Of a DNA stretch of 64,000 nt, positions 25,900-38,104 are shown piece after piece (the first letter of the stretch is position 1; the number at the start of each line of letters is the position of its first letter). The notes under the pieces are model-generated. The model saw nothing but the letters and a program-made list of their open reading frames with translations. It had not been told where the DNA came from and searched no databases. The translations under genes were made by a program, and so were the position numbers. Source of the DNA: Chiloscyllium plagiosum (Eukaryota); NCBI RefSeq assembly GCF_004010195.1, contig NC_057719.1:27649458-27713457 (forward strand), given 5' to 3'.

Positions 25900-27040
25900 G
25901 AATGGGAGTTCTCCAGGAATAGATACCACTTCTTGGAGGTGAATTTTATTAGTTTTAGTTGAACTGTTTGTTGGACCAGACTGTTCTGGTGGACTGTTTG
26001 GCCTTAGAGAGGACAAGACTTTTCATCCAATATAATTTTTCCAACTAATATCCATGATAATCAAGCTGAAAGATTGAATTCATTTCAACAACCACTGCCA
26101 AAATGGTCAGGTCAGAAGAAAGAGTGTTGAAAGTTCCCATGGCTGTGTTCCAAACGTCTACCCTCCCCTTCCCATTCACCCAACTTTCAAACATCATCTT
26201 TCATTTGTCCACTAGCAGAAGTACTTCCATTATCATAACTAGGTTCAATCAGATTAAAGTTATCAATTTACCAGCTTGAGCCACTTAATGCATTTGTTCC
26301 ATTTCTCAAAACTGGAATGGGTTAGGAATGGGAGAAAGTGAGGACTGCAGATCAGAGTCAAAAAGTGTGGCACTGGAAAGGCACAGCCGGACAGGCAGCA
26401 TTTGAGAAGCAGGAGAGTTGACGTTTCAAGCATAAGCTTAGCTCATGCTCGTAACATCGGCTCTCCTACTTCTCGGATGCTGCCTGCCTGGCTGTGTTTT
26501 TCCAGCGCCACACTTTTTGACATAGATTAGGAATGGTTTGTGGAGTGTTGGAACATATGACTAGAGATGCAGTTTTGATTTGTTATAATCCTAAGAATAA
26601 ATTGGTTTTAGCATGCAATGCCTGACTATAGAGGTTAGATCTAGGTATGGAAGATGGTGGGGAAAGTTCTGTAGCATTTGTTTCACATTAACAAAGTCAG
26701 ATTGAAATTGCTCAAAGTTGAGAAATAGGCGTTCCTGATCAAATATGGGGTTAAGTTCCACACTTTCTTGTATGGTAGGAAGTCCATTTTGACTGTCCAC
26801 TATGTCGTTATCATAAGAAAAGTATGGAAATTACCATCTAGCTGATCACAAAACAAATACATCTGCAACACCATTTGATGTTGGGTAAAACAGTGGTATC
26901 AATTGGCATTTAACTCCATTTTTACTCCAATATTTCAAATTCCTCTGATTTAAACTGTTGACTCTAGCATCTGTGGGAATCCATAAATCATATTTGGTTT
27001 AAAGAGGACAATACCATTCCCAGTGAGTATAAATTTTCAC
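25900..27040 (-). mobile_element. Decayed Gypsy/Ty3 integrase region
   Basis: Minus strand gives IYGFPQML..QFKSEEFE and KNGVKCQLIPLFYPTSNGVADVFV, compare the integrase core YGLP..LVSDNG.QF.SEEF..NGI.H..PYHP.SNG.AERFV. Confidence 0.6.
26332..26526. mobile_element. Palindromic Penelope-terminus mini-element (family A)
   Basis: Arms gtcaaaaagtgtggc...gccacactttttgac; direct repeat ttaggaatgg at 26322-26331 and 26527-26536. Confidence 0.8.
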
Positions 27041-27286
27041 TCCATTCACTGGAGTTTAGAAGAATGAGAGGTGATCACATTGAAACATATAGGATTCTTA
27101 AACGGCTTGACAGGGAAATGCTGAGCGGATGTTTCCCTTCATGGGAGAGTCTAGGACCTGGAGACTAGGGCTGGAGAAACATGGAAAAAAATGTTATCAT
27201 CTATTTCCTTAATTAACCTTTTACCTAATGAAGTGCAACTAAATGACAGATTTGATAAATCTCATAAATACTGCAATGTATTCAGC

Positions 27287-27514
27287 AACAACAACGACAG
27301 AAATTGCTGGAAAAGCTCAGCAGGTCGGGCAGCATCTGTGGAGAGAAATCAAAGTTAATGTTTCGGGTCCAGTGAGTCTTCTTCAGACTACCACTGGAAC
27401 CAGAAAATTAATTCTGCTTTCTATCCGCAGATGCTGCCATAACTGCTGAGCTTTTCCAGCAATTTCTGTTTTTGTTTCTGATTTCCAGCATCCACACTTC
27501 CTTCAGTTTTTATT
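27287..27514. mobile_element. Palindromic Penelope-terminus mini-element (family C)
   Basis: Arms acagaaattgctggaaaagctcagcag...ctgctgagcttttccagcaatttctgt; 15-bp direct repeat tgcaatgtattcagc at 27272-27286 and 27515-27529. Confidence 0.8.
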
Positions 27515-28617
27515 TGCAATGTATTCAGCTCTGCACAGCAAACTTGGTGGACATGTATATTCATTATCAAATATTCATGGGTATTTTAAACAAATATTTC
27601 ACCAGAACAGGAACCCGTAAAGATTTTTTTTTAATCAATTGTTTGCTTATTAATCTATTATTCACGAAACGGTTGTAGATGTTTGTTCAGTAAATACAGC
27701 TGAATAACATTTACATATATTATGAGAACATATGTTTGGCTTTCTACTGAAATGAATGCAGTTAAAATGGTATCACTATGGGCAGACATGCGGCTGGTCA
27801 GTAATTTCTACTGGATAATACTGGTGTTAAACCCAGTTAAACTGAGTAATTCCAGTATGGATCCTCAGAGGACACTGTCTACTTTTTGGCAATCTGAAAG
27901 AATACTTCCTTCAACACCCAGTTTTCCTCTTTGTCACCATCTTTCAACCTTCTTTCCTATCTGACCCCTGAACACATCGCATCAGGATAAACACTTTCTC
28001 AATGCCTTGAATGTATCTTCCAATGCATTTCCTTTCTCTGCTCTTTCTGTTGATCCTCCATGAAATTCAATACAACTGGGAAGCATGACTGTTTACTTAC
28101 AAAGCCATGTTAACTTCTTTTTAAATATACAGTATGGGCCCAACCTATTCATTTAGCAGACAGTCTACGGTCTTTTCTACCACTCGCATGAAGCCAATGA
28201 CTGATATTACTGTATGGAGAATTTCATTAAATTCATAACAATTATTAAACTAAGTGATGGTTTAATTTTATGAGAATTTCATTAAGTTCATAACAATCAT
28301 TAAAATTAAACCAGTTTATGTAGAATGTACTGTGGATTAGAAAATATTCAAAGCTGTCAGCTTTTGAAATCACCTCCAGTGTGACACAAATGCAGAAGAA
28401 GATCTTTCTCACAATGATTTTGGAAGATGACAAAATCAACAGTATTGGAAAAGGGTCTGTACAACCCGAGCCTTTCACACTGACCAGTTTTCTTTGATAG
28501 TTTTACTGTCATCTGTCTGTAGTCAGTCACTGAGTGAGTGACTGTCATCAGGTCAAGGTCACCTAATGTGCACATGGATTAATTGTTTCTCAAGTAGTTC
28601 AGCTGATCCAAAATGGG

Positions 28618-28846
28618 GGTCTAGATCAGAGTGGTGCTGGAAAAGCACAGGAGGTCAGGCAGCATCCAAGGACCAGGAAAATCGATGTTTTGGGAAAAAG
28701 CCCTTCAACAGGAATGCCCTGAAGGGCTTTTGCCCGAAACGTCAATTTTCCTGGTCCTCGGATGCTGCCTGACCTGCTGTGCTTTTCCAGCACCACTCTG
28801 ATCTAGACTCTGATCTCCAGCATCTGCAGTCCTCACTTTCACCGCC
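28618..28846. mobile_element. Palindromic Penelope-terminus mini-element (family A)
   Basis: Arms gtctagatcagagtggtgctgg...ccagcaccactctgatctagac; 13-bp direct repeat gatccaaaatggg at 28605-28617 and 28847-28859. Confidence 0.88.
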
Positions 28847-29889
28847 GATCCAAAATGGGCCAAGTATTTTACAAAAGTTTCAAAATCTTGAAAAACATTG
28901 AATCGTTTTCCATTTTAAAACATCAAGAAACAGTTTGTCAATCTCCTTATTCAATATCTCCGATTGATCAACAGGTTCACATAACATTGCTGAAAGCAGT
29001 AAGCAAGCAAATTTCCTCCCCTATCATTGGTAGTAGTACAGAGACCAGAGACTGAAGGCCCCAGAAATAGCATAGGGAAAGCAATAGCAGTGAGAACGCA
29101 CAGCGGAGATCTGGAGTGCAGGAAGAAAGAAGCAGAGAGAGCAAGAGCACTAGGGGGCATGTGATAGTGGAGGATGGGGAGGGGTGTTGTATGGAGAAGA
29201 TGGCAGGGGAGGATGAGAAAGTGCTTAGGGAGGCAGCCAGGGACATAGAGGGAGAATAGAGGATAGAAGAGGGTTGGGATAGGGAAGGCAAAGGAAACTG
29301 AAGCACAGAGATGAGCGGTACATGCTACCAGCTGCCACTCACTCACTTATCACTGGCTGGTTATCCATGTCGCCCACTTGCAATGCTGGTCCGCTTGCTG
29401 AACCCCCTGGAAAGTGTACACAGATCACCAATTATCGACAGAACTCAGACTGAGAACCATTGCGGTACATTATGCACAATGTAGTTGGTGCACCTGCTGC
29501 ACAATATAACAATGGTGACAAAGGGAGTGATCGACGGGAGTCTAGTCAAGTACTTCCTTTGTCCTGGATGGTGTTAAGTTTGTGGAGTATTGTTGAAACT
29601 TCTCAGGTTGGCAACTGCAATTAAACAAATTTCTGGATCTTTCTTCGTGTGACACAGGCTCCAGCCATTTTCCATCACTCCACCAGCCAGGGTGGAGGCC
29701 AAGTCACTGAATATATTTAAGAAAGAAAGAGAAGGTTTATAGACACAAAAGACACCAAGGAGCATGACAATGAGCAACATTAAGGCATTGAGAGAGAGAA
29801 TCAGCCTTGATGGGTTGAATGACCTATTCTTGCTGCTCTTTTCTGTTTCTATTAGTCTTCCAACAAGATCATCCCTGTGACCTACTGCT

Positions 29890-30750
29890 TCTGAGTGCCA
29901 ACGGGAAAGCAAAATGGCATAATAGGTGGAGGGAAAGCTGAGGAAGCGGGAAAGCTGCAGAAGGACTTGGACAGACTGGTCGAGTGGGCGCAGAAGTAGC
30001 AGAGAGAATACACTGTAGGAAATTGTGAGGTTATGCACTTTGGTAAGAAGAACAGAGGCATAGACTATTTTACAAATGGGGAAGGGCTTCAGAAATCTAA
30101 TGCTTAAATGGACTGGGGAATCCTAGTTCAGATTCTCTTAAGGTCAACATACAGATTCAATTGGCAGTTAGGACAGCAAATGCAATGTTAACATCCACTT
30201 AGAGAGGACTAGAATGTAACAGATGCACTGCTGAGGTTATGTCAGACCGCATTTGGATTATGAGCAGTTTGGGCCCCTGTATCTAAGGAAGGATGTGTTG
30301 ACCTTGAAGGTGGTCCAGTGGAGGTTTACAAGAATGTTATTCAGGTTGATGCACTTGTCATACGAGGAGCAGTTGAAGACTCTGGGTTTATACTCAATTG
30401 CGTTTAGAACACTGAGCGGGAGTCTCATTGAAACTTACAGAATACTGAGAGGCCTGGACAGTGTGGACATGGAGAAGATGTTTCCACTAGTGAGAGAGAC
30501 TAGGACCCAAGGGCACAGCCTCAAAGTGAAGGAACGACCCTTTAGAACTGAAATAGGGAGAAATTTCTTCAGTCAAGAGGCAATGAATCTGTAGAGGGCT
30601 GTGAAGGCCAAGTCAATGTTTTGAAGACAGAGTAATGAGTAAAGGGAGAATGCAGGAGAATGGGGTTGAGAAACATATCAGCTCTGACCGAATGGGGGAG
30701 CAGATTTGATAGGCCAATGGCCTAATTCTTCTCTTCTATCTTAAGGTCCT
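29890..30750 (+). mobile_element. CR1 LINE 3' portion
   Basis: LQKDLDRL, LIETYRILRGLD and RNFFSQ motifs, then the tail. Confidence 0.88.
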
Positions 30751-30799
30751 CAATTGACTATCAACTACTTTTCTCATTTCCAATACTTTATATCTGATA

Positions 30800-31805
30800 A
30801 AATTCTTTGAAGAGGTGACAGGTAGGTTAGACCGGGGAAACCCAGTGGATGTGGTCTATCTAGACTTCCAAAAGGCCTTTGATAAGGTGCCACACGGGAG
30901 GCTGCTGAGCAAGATGAGGGCCCATGGTGTTCGAGGTGAGCTACTGGTATAGATTGAGGATTGGCTGTCTGACAGAAGGCAGAGAATTGGGATAAAAGNN
31001 NNNNNNNNNNNNNNNNNNNNNNNNNNNNNNNNNNNNNNNNNNNNNNNNNNNNNNNNNNNNNNNNNNNNNNNNNNNNNNNNNNNNNNNNNNNNNNNNNNNN
31101 NNNNNNNNNNNNNNNNNNNNNNNNNNNNNNNNNNNNNNNNNNNNNNNNNNNNNNNNNNNNNNNNNNNNNNNNNNNNNNNNNNNNNNNNNNNNNNNNNNNN
31201 NNNNNNNNNNNNNNNNNNNNNNNNNNNNNNNNNNNNNNNNNNNNNNNNNNNNNNNNNNNNNNNNNNNNNNNNNNNNNNNNNNNNNNNNNNNNNNNNNNNN
31301 NNNNNNNNNNNNNNNNNNNNNNNNNNNNNNNNNNNNNNNNNNNNNNNTGGTAGGTTTAACATATGAGGAACGGCTGAGGATCCTGTGATTGTATTCATTG
31401 GAGTTTAGAAGATTAAGGGGAGATCTAATAGAAACTTACAAGATAGTACATGGCTTGGCGAGGGTGGACGCTAGGAAATTGTTTCCGTTAGGCGAGGAGA
31501 CTAGGACCCGTGGACACAGCCTTAGAATTAGAGGGGGTAAATTCAGAACAGAAATGCGGAGACATTTCTTCAGCCAGAGAGTGGTGGGCCTGTGGAATTC
31601 ATTGCCACAGAGTGCAGTGGAGGCTGGGACGCTAAATGGCTTCAAGGCAGAGATTGATAAATTCTTGATGTCACAAGGAATTAAGGGCTATGGGGAGAAT
31701 GCTGGTAAGTGGAGTTGAAATGCCCATCAACCATGATTAAATGGTGGAGTGGACTCGATGGGCCGAATGGCCTTACTTCCACTCCTATATCTTATGGTCT
31801 TATAA
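30800..31805 (+). mobile_element. CR1 LINE (RT to 3' end) spanning gap 30999-31347
   Basis: VYLDFQKAFDKVPH; RGDLIETYKI...FFSQRVVGLWNSLP. Confidence 0.9.
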
Positions 31806-31909
31806 AAAGTGAAATGTTTAAAGGCAGTGATAAAGATAAAACACTTTTCAAAATGTCACTGCAGTCTTTTGCCAGGGTTGTACAGTGTTTTGAGATTTAT
31901 CTTCAGTTA

Positions 31910-33185
31910 GAGTTATAGAGTCATGGAGTTGTACAGCACAGAAACAGAACCTTTGGTCCAACTCACCCATACCCTATATCCTAAATTAATCTAGCCCCAT
32001 TTGCCAGCATTTGGCCATACCCCTCAAAACCCTTCCTATTCACGTACCCATCAAGATGTCTTTTAAATGTTGTAATTGTACTCCCCTCTATCACTTCGTC
32101 TGGCAGCTCATTCCATAGATGCACTACCACCTGCATGAAAATCTTGTCCATTAGTCCCCTTTTAAATCTTTCCCCTCTCACCTTAAACCTATGCCCTCTA
32201 GTTTTGAACTCCCCTATTCTGGGGAAAAAGACTTTGGCTATTCAGCCTATCCATGGCCCTCATGATTTTATAAATCTCTCCAAGGTGAACCCTCAGCCTC
32301 CTACCCTCCAGCCCCAGCCTATTTGGCCTCTCCCTACAGCTGAAACCCTCCAACTCTGGCAACATTCTTGTAAATCTTTTCAAAACCCTTTCAAGTTTAA
32401 CAAGATCTTTCCTATAGCAGGGAGAGCAGAATTGAATGCAGAACTCGAAGTTGGCCTCACCAATTTCTTGTACAGCTGCAAAATAATGTCCTAATTCTTA
32501 TACTCAATGTTTTGACCATTGTCCTTTACAGCCACAACATGACATCCTAAACCCTATACTCATCAAAAAGGAAAGCATACCAAATACCTTCTTCATTGCC
32601 CTGTCTACCTGTGACTCCACTTTCAAGGAACTATGAACCTACACTCCAAGTCTCTTTGTTCAGCAACACTCCCTAGCACCTTACCATTAAATGCATAAGT
32701 TGTGCCCTGATTTGCGTTACCAAATGCAACACCTCACATTTATCTAAATTAAACTCCACCTGTCACTCCTCGGTCCATTGGCCCAGCTGATCATGGCCCT
32801 GTTGTAATTTGAGATAACCTTCGTCACTGTCCATTACACTACCAATTTTGGTGTCATCAGCAAACTTACTAACCAAACCTCCTGTATTTACATCCAAATC
32901 TTTTGTATAAATGATGAAAAGCAGTAGACCCAGCACTGATCCTTGCAGCACACCGCTGGTCACAGGCCTCCAATCTGAAAAACAACCCTCCACCACCACC
33001 CTCTGTCTCCTACCTTCAAGCCAATCTTGTATACAAATGGCTAGCTCGGTGTTCCATGTGATCTAACCTTACTAACCAGTCTATCAGACAGAAACTTGTT
33101 GAACACCTTGCTGAATCCATACAGACAGCATCCACCGCTCTGCCTTCAACAATCTTTTTTGTCACTTCTGCAAAAAACTTCAAGT
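31910..33185 (-). mobile_element. CR1 LINE 3' portion
   Basis: SGVLQGSVLG, SKFADDTK and WNELP motifs on -. Confidence 0.92.
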
Positions 33186-33984
33186 TGACGCCAGATCAAC
33201 CCATGAGGATTGACCACCCTAAGTTTCAGAGATCCACATATGTGAAAAGATCTATCCTCACACTATTCACATTAACCTCAAATGCAGCCTTCATATCACA
33301 GGCAATATTTTCACCTCATCCAGAATTCAGATCTTTTGTCTACAAAATGTCCCATAATACCTTGGTGGATTTAACAACGCCTCATGACAGATCGGTTTCT
33401 GATTGCTGTGTTCACTGGTAAGCAGGACCTCCCTCTGCTACATTTCAGCAGAAGTATCCCCAGTGTGAGGTCAACGACCTTGTATATTAATTGTAATGTC
33501 GTAGTTTCTGCAGAATGTTATGAGTAAGCAGGGCATTGAAACAATCAGGAAGCTGGAGTTAACATCAGCACAGCACAGCTGCCATGCAGTTTGTTTGTTT
33601 ACCGTCTGCATCACAAGAACAATGATACCATACAGAACACACACAGGCCTATCTTCTTCAAACAGTCTGTTTCCTGCTTCCGTTCAAATATACAAACATT
33701 TCAACCTCCTCAATGTTCCAATGTTGAAAGAAGAGGGTGGAGTCAGGTGCAAATTTACAAGTGTTGTCTCATGCTGGCAACTAGCAGGAATTAGTGTCAC
33801 TTTTTATTAAAACATGTGTTTCTCTAGCATCTCGCAGACAGCAAGTTCACACAAACAACATGGTGATGAGCAAACACTCCTGGAGAGTGTGAATTATCTC
33901 AGTTGAGGTATGCCAGGACATCAGGCACAATTCACTTCATAGAATCATAGAATCCCTGGAGTGTGGAAGGAGGTCATTTGGATG

Positions 33985-36390
33985 GCCTGGGATGATCACT
34001 TTATTGGGATTGTACTATAGTCCCCTCCCAATAGTCAGCATTCCAAAAGTAAGGAGACCTCAGTTATCTGTAAGAACAATAGGGCGGTAGTGATAGGGGA
34101 TGTCAACTTTCCAAACATAGACTAGGACTGCCATAGTACTAACAGCTTGAGTTGGGAGGAATTTGTTAAGAAAACTTTGTTATTCAATAAATGGATATAC
34201 TTACAAGAGAAGAAGCAAAACTCGACCTTCTATTTGGGAATTAAGGCTGGGCAATTGAATGAGGTGTCAGTGGGGGAACACTTTGGGGCAAGTGACCATA
34301 ATTCTATTAGTTTTAAGGTAGTTATGAAAAATGATAGAGGCGATTTAAAATTTAATGTATTAAATTGGAGTAAGGCCAATTTTGATGGTATCAGGCAGGA
34401 TCTTTAAAAGTTGTTTGGGGGAAGCTGATGGCATGGTTGGGAAGTGGGAGGCCTTCAAAAATGAGATAACAAAGGTTCAGAGACAGTTATGTTCTTGTTA
34501 GCACAAAAGGCAAGACTGGTCAGTGTATGGAATGCGCAGGTCAAGCAAAATAAGGAGGCATAGGTCAGGCAGAAAGAGTTGGCTTAAGTGAAATCACTCA
34601 GAGTATAAGAGCAATTGGAGTACAGTAGTCTCCCGTACCTGCGGGAGATACATTCCACAACCTACTGCGGAATTCAGAAACCGTGGATAGGAGCGAACCT
34701 ACTCATTTCAATGGGAAATATAACTTCCCAGCAGCCCCTTGGCCCCTAGTTGTGGAAAGTTCCCCTTAATATGTTCAGGCCGCAGTAAACCATGGGTAAC
34801 TGAAACCGCGGAAAATGATTCCGCAGGTACAGGGGTCGCCCTGTATACTTAACAGGGAAGTCAGGAGGGCCAAAACAGGAAATAAGATAGCTTTAGCAAA
34901 TTGAGATAAGGAGAATCCGAAGAGATTCAGTAAGTACGTTAAGGACAAAAGAGTAACTAGGGAGAGAATAGGGATCTTTAAAAGAAGAATGAGGCCATCT
35001 AAAAGTGGAATTACATGAGATGGATGAGATATTAAACAAATATTTCACATCAGTATTTAGTCTGGGGGAGTAGCCAATTGGATATAAAAATCACCTTGAA
35101 TGTAAGAGGCAAAAAGGGTGGTAGTAGAGTGTTACTTATAGGACTGAAGTCCTATGACCAGCAGTGTGCAGCAAGGATCAGTGCTGAGTCCACTGTTTTT
35201 TTGTCATTTATATAAATGATTTGGATTGAATATAGGAGGAATGGTTGTAAGTTGACACTAAAATTGGAGGTGTAGTGAGCAATGAAGAAGGTTATCTCAG
35301 AGTACAATGGGACCTTGATCAGATAGTCCAAGGAGTGGCAGATGGAGTTTAATTTAGGTAAATACGGGCTGTTGAATTTTAGAACATAGAAGAATACAGC
35401 GCAGTACAGGCCCTTTATCTCAGAGTACAATGGGACCTTGATCAGATAGTCCAAGGAGTGGCAGATGGAGTTTAATTTAGGTAAATATGGGCTGTTGAAT
35501 TTTGAAAAGGTAAATAATGGTAGGACTTGTACAGTTAATGGTAGGACCCTGGAGCGTTTTCCAAACAAACAGAATTCCTCTACCAATAAAAGCCAGTACG
35601 CCATATGCCTTCCTCACCGCACTATTTACCTGGGTGAAATAATGGTAAATAATGGTAGGACTTGTACAGTTAATGGTAGGACCCTGGAGCGTTTTCCAAA
35701 CAAACAGACCTAGAGGCATAGCTGCATAGTTTCTTGAAAGTGGTTTGGCAGGCAGACAGGGTGGGGAAGAAGCCGTTTGGCACATCTGCCTTCATTGGTC
35801 AGAACATTGAGTATTGGAATTGGGACATCATTTTGCAGCTGTACAAGACATTAATGAGGCTACTTTTAGAGTACTGCGTTCAATTCTTGTCTCCTTGCGA
35901 AAGGAAAGATGTTGTGAAACATAAAAGGATTCAGAAACGATTTACAAGGATGTTGCCAGGTTGGGGGGGTTTGATCTATAGGGAGAGGCGGAATACTCTG
36001 GGACTATTTTCTTGGAGCATTGCACACTGAAGGGTAACCTTACAGAGGTTTAAAAAATCATGAGGGGCGTGGATAGGGTGAATAGCCAAGGTCTTTTTCC
36101 CGGGGTGGGGAGTGGAGGGGGGGGGGGGGGTGTCCAGAACTAGAAAACAGGACCTGAGGGGCAACGTTTTCACATGTATAGAACAATCTGCCAGAGAAGG
36201 TGCTGTGGGAGCTGGTCCATTTACAGCTTTTAAAAGAAATCTGGATGGGTATATGAATAGGAAGGGTTTAAGAGGAATATGAGCCCAATGCTGGCAAATG
36301 GGACTAGATCAGTTTAGGATATCCAGTCAACGTGGATGGGTTAGACTGATGGGTATGTTTCAGTGCTGTACAACTCAATGATTCTATAAC
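33985..36390 (+). mobile_element. Internally deleted CR1 LINE (endonuclease to 3' tail)
   Basis: GLYYSPP, GDVNFP, EHFGASDHN and LEYCVQF motifs, then the tail. Confidence 0.9.
34623..34843. mobile_element. Tigger/pogo-type (Tc1/mariner superfamily) MITE inserted in CR1
   Basis: Imperfect TIRs cagtagtctcccgtacctgcgg / ccgcaggtacaggggtcgccctg; TA at 34621-34622 and 34844-34845; CR1 is continuous across the site. Confidence 0.82.
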
Positions 36391-37727
36391 AAACGTTTCA
36401 TTCAATGCTCAATCACTTGTAACAAGCAGCATTCAAAATTAATTTATATTTCCACTTCAAGGAGTTTATAACCATTGAGAGCTCAATCAAATTGTAATTA
36501 GCAGATGCCCTACTGTGATAACAGAAGGCTGTGAAACCAGTCATGTCAGGCTAAAACAGTAATGGTACCCAGCAGGATTATAACTGACAGACAAAATGAA
36601 ATAGCAGGCAATGCTTTAAAAACAAAACTACCCTAGATTTTTAATCAAAGATTCAAAGGACAGGTGCCTTGACACTTAATGGTTACTCTTGATGGTGTTG
36701 AGAAGCTTACATTTATGCACTTTTTAGGCACATTCATGTGTATTTCTAATTATCTCAAAGAGCAACTTACTTTTTCCACACTGCCTGTCCAAATGAATCC
36801 AAGAAATTCAGACCTGCTACCACGGATCAAATGTACACAAGTTTGTTTTTGGAAACACTGCACTACCAGAATCATGAGTGGAGGAGGCTGCTGATTTCTA
36901 TGGCCAGCTGCCTCCAGAAAAAATGTACATGCACAAAATGCAACGCACTCCCATTCCTGCCTGGGCAATGGTAGATAACATGTTCAGGGGCAGGACTTCC
37001 GATTTCCAAACCCAACACCAAAGTGCAGAAGCTTTTCACTACTGTGAAAATCTAGGCCTGCAAGTCAGATACCCTAAGTCAGATTCTATACCACAGTTAT
37101 AGTGAGGAATATCTGCTCAGTGTATACAGTTCATAAAAAGCACGAGTCAGAAAAGGTGATGAGCTAACCTTACTGGCTTGAAAGAGATGCTGGCGAGAAA
37201 GGAAAGAAAGAAAATTAAAATTTGGTGGATGCAATTAATTACTTGCTGGATTACAAAGAAATTGTTAGGGAGAAGGGTACTACTTCATGCAGAATCTGGG
37301 AGTAACTGGTTTAACTCTTTGAAGAAAAACTGGATTAGGTATAGTTTTTATGAAAAAAAAGAGAGGGGATTGAAGAGGTTAATTGTAAACTAGTTTACGA
37401 TTTAGACTTTATTGTCGTATGTCCCCAAATATAAAAACACAGGAATACACTGAAAAGTTTTCAATGACGCCACCTTAGGTACAAGTAACTTGGTACAAAA
37501 ATTTAAGAACAAGGAAAAAAAAAAGAAACCTGTGTTTGCATCAAATCAGTGAGTGCAGGACAAAAATCTTAAAATAATTTTGTTCATGATTATTAGACTG
37601 ACTTTTATTTGCAAAATAAAATCACTGTTTCTTAATGTAGTCCTTCTTTGAACTTGTTTCTTTTTGATTACACCTCTGTGAAGTTCCTTGGTGGGTTTCA
37701 GTGTTAAAAACTAGCTGAAAAGTTTTT

Positions 37728-37792
37728 AAAACCAAAACAATTGCGGATGCTGAGGAAGGGTCTCCGGATCCAAAACGTTGAGTTTGATTTTT
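37728..37792 (+). mobile_element. 65-bp Penelope-derived insertion made of an inverted terminal stub plus a hammerhead-like core
   Basis: CTGAGGA-agggtc-tccg-gatcc-AAAA-cgtt; 13-bp direct repeat ctgaaaagttttt at 37715-37727 and 37793-37805. Confidence 0.7.
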
Positions 37793-38104
37793 CTGAAAAG
37801 TTTTTGTTCTTTGTGCAACGAATCTCTGAGCTTCCTAATTGCCGTTGAAAAGCCAAAAAGGAAACAGGAAAAGCAGGGAACTTTGATCATGCCAATGATT
37901 ATTTCAAATAGTGTTTTAGTGGTTGTAGAAGGGCAGCATATTTTTTGATTGCTGATTGGTTGAGCCACCTCTATCTCTGGCAGATAATCTGTAAACAATA
38001 AGCCTTTCTTTCTCACCAAAATGAAATCATTGAATTTAAACATTTGAGTTAAAAGGACAGACAATAGGAGCTGCCAATACATCACGGGGACAACTGCACT
38101 TCAA

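Noticed and set aside
26591..26800. 69-aa ORF as a host exon or parvovirus capsid fossil (NPIFDQ motif)
   Set aside because: It lies immediately downstream of a Gypsy integrase core in the same decayed region, and the motif is too short to support a viral origin
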